A stretch of DNA of 64,000 nucleotides from Eledone cirrhosa (lineage: Eukaryota). Positions 54,231 to 64,000 of the stretch are shown here, piece by piece. The notes beneath the pieces are model-generated. The model worked only from the letters and a program-made list of their open reading frames with translations, had not been told where the DNA came from and made no database searches. How positions within the stretch are numbered: the first letter of the stretch is position 1; every line of letters starts with the position of its first letter. The stretch is taken from assembly GCA_964016885.1 (NCBI GenBank), contig OZ024740.1:151218001-151282000 (forward strand), written 5' to 3'. Made by a program: the position numbers and the translations under genes.

Positions 54231-54360
54231 CAGAAGGGAGATACTGTCAAATCTGCTGAAGCTAGTCAAACTATTGTTTGGTTGTTGCTTTCCCCCAGTT
54301 CCCTTAACCCCTTCATTACCACATTTCTAATGAAATAACTGTATATATTTTAATTAATTA

Positions 54361-54539
54361 ATAATTGTTTCTACTTTTGGCACAAGGCCAGCAATTACCC
54401 AGTACATTACTGGTACTTTATTTTATAGACCCCGTAAGGATGAAAGGCAAAGTCAACCTCAGCGGGATTTGAACTCAGATCGTTAAGGGACGTAACTATG
54501 CTGGAAAGCATGGCATCCGACCCTCTACCGATACTGCCA
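54361..54539 (-). mobile_element. SINE family A with TSD
   Basis: Shared core; TTTTAATTAATTAATAAT on both sides. Confidence 0.88.
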
Positions 54540-55009
54540 TTTTAATTAATTAATAATGAATTTGGGTAAAATTTATTAAAATTATCATCTGATTAAGTTG
54601 GTATTTGGAACATAAAGTGTTTTATACAAAATTATGTTGAAATGATTTAACTTTAAATAGGAGACCTTTAAAATGGTTTCTTTTGTTTCATAGAAACAAA
54701 GGCAGTTTGAGTCGGTTTGGCATCAAAATTGTTAACTGCTCTCCATTTATGACAGTTATTTTTCTGGTGGCCCCCAGAGAAAAAAATTCTATGAACATCG
54801 TTATACCGTACGCAGGTTAACACAACCCTTCCAAATGATCCTAATGACCAATTTTATAGTTGCATTACGCCCTAAATTAAAATTCTATAAGAATTTGTTG
54901 GTTTATTATTCACCATATTATAGAGGAGGCACAAAATTAATATTTACTAGAAATATCATAGCTTTAAAAAGCCGCCAAATGAATATAACAGATAGTCAAG
55001 GGTTATTGG

Positions 55010-55320
55010 AGTTGGACCTTCCATCGGTTACAGCGATGAGTGTCCTAGAGGTTTGATGAGTGGAACAGTCTATCTGTTAAATTGACGTGCAAGTATATTA
55101 GCATTTCATAGACACGTGTTACTTAATGAAGTTCTCAGAACGATTCAACAGGACACAGCGCATGGGAATTCAGATACAAGTAATTTTTTTGCCAGCTTAA
55201 TTGACTGTAGTAACGTGAGAAAGTCTCTTGTTAAAAGACACAATGCTCCGGCGGAAATCGAACTCGCAATATTATGATCCGGAGCCAAACGCACTAACTA
55301 CTAAGACACGTGCCTTCGCG
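55010..55320 (-). mobile_element. SINE family B, diverged
   Basis: Minus strand GTCTTAGTAGTTAG...GAGTTCGATTTCC head; body similar to 46340-46635. Confidence 0.55.
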
Positions 55321-55651
55321 CTAACATCGTCGTTTCTAATTTTAGTGGCACAAGGAGAGTAGATTTTGGGAATGGATTGTCAATTAAAAGTGAAACTTCT
55401 TTATTTTAACAACTCCTGGAATGTTGAACAGCAAAATTGATGTTGGCAGAATTTGAACTCAGAACCTAAAGACCCAGACAATATACCGCAGTGGCATTTT
55501 ATACAACACATTACTAATTCTGTCAATGAACCACCCTACACTTGCCAAATAATACCAAATGGATTAATTCACTAGTTACTTCATCTCACACTACAATCAT
55601 AAGTCATAAAATGTTTCACATTGAAAAGCGACATTTCACATGGTGCGTCAT

Positions 55652-55728
<77 letters not shown>

Positions 55729-55817
55729 TCGTGTATTTGTGTGTGTGTGTGTGTGTGCATGTATGTGCACGTTTGTATGTGTATTATGTTTGTTTGTGTT
55801 TAAGAGAATGCGTATGC

Positions 55818-55878
<61 letters not shown>

Positions 55879-56223
55879 TGTATGTATATATGCATTTGTA
55901 GTTGTGGATGATTCTATATACACACAAACTCGTGCACGTAAAGAAACAGAGGGGCACCAAAAGATTGACAAATGTAAATTAAGCAATATTTGCAAATAAA
56001 CTGACCTAAAATATGCGGAGTAAGGTCAGATGGGATTTGGTCAAAAGGTCAAGGAAAGGAGCTTCCCCAAAATGTCAAGTATTCATCTATTTACAAAGTT
56101 AAGAAACATTCAGCTTGAACGCTTTAAGTAAATCAGTACATATGTTCATGAAGGCGAGTGCATGTTAATATGTACCATTTTCTGTGTGCGTGTATATAAT
56201 TACACAAATACATAGACACACAT

Positions 56224-56271
<48 letters not shown>

Positions 56272-56302
56272 ATGCACACACACACACATATATATATGTA
56301 TG

Positions 56303-56347
<45 letters not shown>

Positions 56348-56501
56348 TTGTGCGTATGTGTATGTGTATGTTTATAATGTATATATACATTCATATATAT
56401 TCACATGTCAAATTACAAGGTTTGAAACCTACAACTATAGACTTTTACACAGTGACATTTTGGTATAGGAATTTACGTACGCATTTGTATAATAGGTATT
56501 T

Positions 56502-56568
<67 letters not shown>

Positions 56569-56676
56569 TATATGTATATATATGTATATATATATATATG
56601 CATATATATATATGTATATATGTATATATATATATATATATGTATATATAAATATATGTATATATATATATGTATG

Positions 56677-56707
<31 letters not shown>

Positions 56708-56750
56708 GTATGTATATATATATATGTATGTATATATATATATATGTATG

Positions 56751-56824
<74 letters not shown>

Positions 56825-56868
56825 TATATGTATGTATATATATATGTATGTATATATATATATGTATG

Positions 56869-56902
<34 letters not shown>

Positions 56903-56911
56903 AACATATAT

Positions 56912-56962
<51 letters not shown>

Positions 56963-56964
56963 AA

Positions 56965-57037
<73 letters not shown>

Positions 57038-57201
57038 GTATATATGTAAATGTGTGTGTATGTGTATATACATATATATATACATGTACACACACACGCA
57101 CACAGACACACATGCATATAACCACCACCCCACTCTCAAGAGCGTGAAACTAATAAACCTTTGTTCGTACTGCCTCTCTGTTTTGTTCCCGTTCAATTTT
57201 T

Positions 57202-57266
<65 letters not shown>

Positions 57267-57618
57267 TATATAGTTATATTAAAAATGTTGACTAATATGG
57301 GTTGTGTATGTAACACACCATTCATTGAACAATGATGCAATGAGATTTCAGCTCGCAACTCTGTGTGTATCTTTCCAAATACGATTTGATACTCCATGGC
57401 GGAGTTTACGTACAATAATTGTTTCTACTTTTGGCACAAGGCCAGCAATTTCTCAGTGTATTACTGGTACTTTATTTTATCGACCCCGTACAATAATGAT
57501 AATTACGAAGGTCAGATGCGGATATTCATAATTCACTTATTCATAATCAGCAGTTTTACATATTTCTATGACGTTCATGATTACGTGATGCTGTTATCAT
57601 GCAACACCAACGTGATTT

Positions 57619-57684
<66 letters not shown>

Positions 57685-57702
57685 TATATATATATATATA
57701 TA

Positions 57703-57896
<194 letters not shown>

Positions 57897-57935
57897 TACA
57901 TATATATATATATATACATATATATATATGCATAC

Positions 57936-57969
<34 letters not shown>

Positions 57970-57975
57970 GCATAC

Positions 57976-58009
<34 letters not shown>

Positions 58010-58010
58010 G

Positions 58011-58071
<61 letters not shown>

Positions 58072-58076
<5 letters not shown>

Positions 58077-58187
58077 AACAAGTAAGACCCCGACGGCTGA
58101 GCTCAAGCCGTTTCGAAGGCTAATTCAGTACAGAATTAGCCGTCGAAACGGCTTGAGCTCAGCCGTCGGGGTCTTACTTGTTCCTAT
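58072..58187. repeat. Near-perfect fold-back hairpin, 55-bp arms, containing the 3' half of a hammerhead
   Basis: One mismatch, 6-nt loop AGTACA; right arm GTC-GAAA-CGGCT-TGAGCTC-AGCCG-TC-GGGG. Confidence 0.93.
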
Positions 58188-58266
58188 TACCCACTCTACT
58201 ACCCTAAGTATTGAGTACTTTGGTGCGTTATGGTCCACCTGGTTCCTTACCACATTTCCTTCGTTA

Positions 58267-58306
<40 letters not shown>

Positions 58307-58307
58307 C

Positions 58308-58373
<66 letters not shown>

Positions 58374-58452
58374 ATAAATTAACGGAGGCATAGGCCGTCG
58401 TTATTCCCTGTAAATAATGTGCTCAAAGGGGAAGAGATCCTGAGCCCTTTAG

Positions 58453-58668
<216 letters not shown>

Positions 58669-58669
58669 T

Positions 58670-58775
<106 letters not shown>

Positions 58776-58783
58776 CATATATT

Positions 58784-58819
<36 letters not shown>

Positions 58820-58862
58820 CATATATTTATATATATATATATACATACATACATATATATAT

Positions 58863-58905
<43 letters not shown>

Positions 58906-59941
58906 TAAACAAATAATGAACAAACAATTCCTTATATTAAACAAAAAAAGTTCACTATTTAACGATCGTTTCTAGGGTATATATGTGTTATAATTGGTAT
59001 GCATATTTAACAGATCTATGTACAAAATTATACAAAATTATACAAATTATCAAGATTAAATATACATACCTAACTCATATATACGCCGTCTTCAGAAATA
59101 ATGAAGTATATTTATTGATAATAACAACAATTCAAAATATCAGTACAAAATTGACCAATGAAAAATTGACCAATGAAAACACAAAGGGTTAAAAGCAGTT
59201 TGGTGTGTGTATATACATGTAAAAACCTTACACATATTTTACAATAATGTGTGTATAATTTGTATGTGCATACTAAAAAGATGGATGCAAACATGAAATT
59301 TCAAGGTTAATATCTCTGTAAGCTCAATGCGCTGATAAGATGCGCAATGATACTTATGGAGTCAAGCATATAAATATATTTTTTTCATACTCACACATAT
59401 CAGTATAATCACACATACATGCGCGTATATGCATAAATATACACATAACCACGAACATACAAACACACACACTCCCCCACTCACATTTATATATGTGGAT
59501 ATAAAATCATAAGCAAATAGAAATTAAGTCACTCACATAAAACACTGGCACACACATTTCAAGATCAAGATACAGAAATTAGGTGGGAGGGGGGGAAAGG
59601 GGTCAGTATTAGATTGTCAGACCAGACTGCCTAATATAAATGTATCTATAAATTAAGAAAAATAAAAAAATAAAAACAATAAAATATAATAAATAAAATA
59701 TAATGTACATACACATACAGATATAGATACACATACATACATGTACGCGCACATAGAGATATTTACGCATACATACATACACACATACCTATACAGTCAT
59801 ACACACACATACATTTACACGAACATACACATACACATATAAAAAGATATATATACACACACACACACGCGCAACACATACACACATACACATATATATA
59901 AAAAATAGATAATAAAGATATATATCCATATATATATATAT

Positions 59942-59990
<49 letters not shown>

Positions 59991-60093
59991 TATACACATA
60001 CATACACATACATACCCATACATCTAAATATACATACACATACATACACACATACATGCATATACATGTACATACATATACGCACATCGATAT

Positions 60094-60151
<58 letters not shown>

Positions 60152-60357
60152 TCACATAGACATAAAGATACATACACACACAACTTACATACACACGCAT
60201 ATACATACATATATATATATACATATAGATGTACCCTCATACACAGAATTAGATATATAATCATACATACATATGTACCTACTTATACTCATATAAATAA
60301 ATACATACGCTTCCATATATGTGTATACACATAAAAAACAATACTACCTCACCAAAC

Positions 60358-60628
<271 letters not shown>

Positions 60629-60649
60629 AGTGTGTGTGTATAAATGACT

Positions 60650-61300
60650 GATAAGTGTCAAAAAGACGGTACAATGCGGTAGAAATATATAAAAGGCAAA
60701 CGATGGCAAATAAAACAAAATACAGTAAGGTTTGTACTCAGTGTATTTCGACATGATATTTCAGGACTAATACTCTCTTTTCAAATGTGAAATGAAAACG
60801 GCTCAAAACAAAAGCAAACGATCGATATGTTCCTCCTTAACCGGTCTATGTGTTTAAAATACGCAAGCGTAGAATCGTTATAGTAACCAACCTGCTTCGT
60901 GCATTTCCAATAAATTATTTATCAGTCTTTAATTCTGGTTGGTGATCATTGCCTCTTTGATTTTCTAATTACCTACCCACCATTTCTTTGTGTCACTTCT
61001 ATGGTGACCTCAATCACTTGGCTGTAGCAGCTGTTGCACTGTTTTTCACAGAAGATGCTCCTGTCATCATGTGCTCCCTGATCCGTATGTTCAGCATCGG
61101 GATGGTATTTCCGATGTATGAGGGGCTACATTTTTTGTATGTGACCTTGTAAACCACATACGCTCTCATGCACTCTTTTGCGTTGTTGATGGAACAATTA
61201 GGAAGTGTGCACATACCGTTGTACTTAGGTCAGTGTCTGTAGAGTAGTCTCCTCAATGAAGGTCCCAAGTGCGCCACCAGGTTCTCTCTATGGATTCATG
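60650..61300 (-). pseudogene. PLE 3' fragment: GIY-YIG remnant and pseudo-LTR
   Basis: 61014-61214 minus: YVVYKVTYKKCSPSYIGNTIPMLNIRIREH; downstream TTGAAAA...GAAATATCATGTC may be a decayed hammerhead. Limits approximate. Confidence 0.75.
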
Positions 61301-62339
61301 ATAACAATTAATTCACTTTATATGATTATATTCTCTTTTAATTTATAAATGACACAATTGAAACACCGTCCACCTGAGAGATTTCTACACTCAACCGAAG
61401 ACTGGGAACCACAGGGACCTCCTGCTGCCAACTCGAGGGCCGCAACAGTCACAACAACAATAACAACTGCAAAAAAACCCCAAAAAACTGCAGCATAAGC
61501 CCTGGTAGAAGCAGCAACATAAATAACAGTGACCGTAAAACCAGTAACTGCAGCAGCAGCACCACCACCAGCAACGCCAGCCATATCAACATTACCAACA
61601 TAACAGCAGCAGAAGCACCACCACAGATACCATCACTATCAGAAGAGATATTATAAACAATAGTCATCTCGAAAAACACCCAGGAGTCTTCCAAAGAAGC
61701 TCTCTCTCTCTCCTCCTCCTCCTCCTCTAAACAAAAACATACACATAAATACTCGCACAACCAAAAAAACTCTCACCCGTATCCGAGATAGATTCTGCAG
61801 ACACCAGTACTTGCTCATCTCGAAGTGAAGATGAGTAGCAACTCCAAACACCAAAGAAGAAATTTTTTATATCTCACACCAAAACGTACGCCAGAAAATA
61901 CAGTGTACCCCATCCCCCAGCAATTGCAATCATACCTACAACAACACCAGCCCCACCAACGCTACTACAACCACAACTACCCACAAAAAGAAAACATGCT
62001 CAATAGCAACAACCCACCACATAGACACCAAACTTCGTGTTAGTAGGAGGGCCGATGGAAAGTTATCCTGAAGTAAGTGTATTGAGAAAGAAAGGAGGAG
62101 ATTTTTGGCACCAGCACCTTAAAAGTGCCACAAATTATAATGGTGGTTCACAAATCTATCGAGACATACAAAACCATTGGGGAGTCTTCGCCTACGACGT
62201 GGAAACACCTAATGGAAATTACCCCAGTGTAGTTTTAAAGGGGTTCACAAGGGAATCCCAACCAGTTCTAACCACCCGATCGCCAACAGCACCGGGAGAG
62301 TTAGTAACACTTTTTCTCTCTTAAATATTTCCGGCCAGC

Positions 62340-64000
62340 AAGGCGATTTTAGGAGTAGGTTGTATAAAGGCACATGGCCTTGGGTCGTCCTATAAGCAAG
62401 GTCGAATGATCAATCACACCAGGTTAATAACTATAGATGTGCCAGCTAAAGCACATGATATATGACAAGAAGGAACAAAAGCTGTTCGATGGATTCGAGT
62501 GGTTGTGGCGCAGCATGGCAATAAATCCACTATTCTGTTTTGATGGACCGAAACGGGCGAGTACTGTTCGATTCCAAGCAGAAGTGGGCGGTTTTCTAGC
62601 GGCATTTTGCACAACTGGTGGAAACAAGCGTATGTACTGAGACGGTGGAGGACTACAATACCTACCTCGACGGCCAGCCGTGAATCACGACAGAAGTTGC
62701 GTAAAATCAGATAACAGCAGCCGAGATACGGGAAACGATAAGAGGCTGTATGAGGCGCAAATCATTTGGATTGGATGGTCTACCGTACTAGTTTTTCTTA
62801 GATATGCCAGACTTGTTCTCCGATCTCCTCGAAGCTGGCTATTGAAAATGGCAGCAGAACTGCAGAATTCTCAGTTTGAGGCAGGTGTAGTAACGCTGAT
62901 GAGGAATGACAAGAAAACAGAGGACGTTATCGATAATTTTGGCCAATGTGCTAGCAATGAGGTTCGCATTTTGCATCAAACATCAGGTAGGGGAACAAGG
63001 TCTATTATACGACAATCTTTCCCCTCGTGCGGTACACCATAGAAAAAGTAAATTAAGCTTCGGTGGTACTCTGAACAATTCAGATCCCATTACAAATTTC
63101 GATATGGTCAACCATCGATACCTGGATCTGTCCTCAAGGCTGTATTTCAGTATCATCTGCAGAAGCCGAATCATTGCTATGCACAGTGGCATCTTCTAGG
63201 TGGTCAGAGTAAATGGTCACATATTGGAACCGCTTCAGATCATGCGCTTGGTCTGTGAAGGATACCCTCTCACATCCGTGCTGTATGTTCGAACCATCAC
63301 TGCAGCAGCTGGAGATGTAGCAAGGCATCCCGCTCAAATCGAATCGGGGTGCAGTTGCGTCAGAATATGGCGACGATCTGACCTGATGGTGTCGAATACC
63401 TCGGAAATCACTGTGCTCGGCAATTTCTTAGAGGAATACGAACATTCGACGGGAGCAAAAATCAACGCGGATAACTTTGTATCTTTGAAACTGGGCACCT
63501 GGAGAGGGGAATCTATGCCTTTCAGCTGTCATGCAACGCTAGTCTGATGGATCGGTGAAGCTGCTCGGTATCTAGTTAGCTTTGGATCGAAGGATGGATA
63601 GGAATTGGAACGATGTAACGGACAGGGAGCTATCTCTGAAATATCGAGCGGAGGTGGCGAACGCGTCCATCACATCCGTCATGTTTTACTGCTTGACCAA
63701 CGTGCCATTCCTCAGTCTAAGCGTCACTAAATTGCAGCGCCATCTATTTCAGTTTTTCTGGAAAGGGCAAGGTTTTATATTCAAGTGGTCTATCTACTGC
63801 TAGTTCCCTTTGCGTGGCGGACTGGGCATGTTGTGGCTTTTGATGCGCAAACATGCGCTGAGGCTATGGGATTTGGAGATATTCCTAAACGGTGAACAGG
63901 TGAGATCGCAATTTGTTACACACGTTTTTTTTACTGAGTTGCAGTCGTGTGTCAAGTGAAGACTGAAACTGGGCACCTGGCATCTAGAATGGTGTCAGTC
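62340..64000 (+). pseudogene. Tx1/L1-clade LINE ORF2 remnant (endonuclease start and RT), internally deleted
   Basis: VGCIKAHGL (cf. NVRGL), FDMVNHRYL, VRVNGHILEPL...EGYPLTSVLY, YEHSTGAKINADNF, LFQFFWKG, GGLGM; 61350-62330 may be its ORF1 region. Confidence 0.78.

Overview
An AT-rich, microsatellite-saturated animal genomic window. The repeat content suggests a coleoid cephalopod such as Octopus (inference). No host gene is confidently identifiable; there is one candidate 162-nt exon. Mobile DNA dominates: a nearly intact DD36E Tc1-type transposon with perfect 30-bp TIRs (28190-29461), a full-length decayed Ty3/Gypsy LTR element on the minus strand (39456-44635) with a tRNA-Trp PBS and a gag/pol -1 slippery site, a Naiad-type Penelope-like element (PLE; 47480-50588) whose 3' end sits inverted upstream, several RTE-clade LINE fragments (one with twin-priming inversion geometry and a TSD), CRE-, Tx1- and mariner-type remnants, and two or three SINE families. 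The most interesting signal is non-coding. Seven type I hammerhead ribozyme (HHR) motifs with complete CUGANGA/GAAA/NUH cores occur in six unrelated sequence families (2114, 5265, 6924, 23737, 26788+27319, 51322), plus several decayed ones. Several lie in ~510-535-bp tandem units embedded in (TA)n, resembling retrozymes or PLE pseudo-LTRs. Four unrelated families share an enlarged loop II that can pair with the sequence just 5' of stem I, a candidate pseudoknot. Many near-perfect fold-back hairpins also appear to derive from these elements. All RNA structures were paired by eye and none has been tested.
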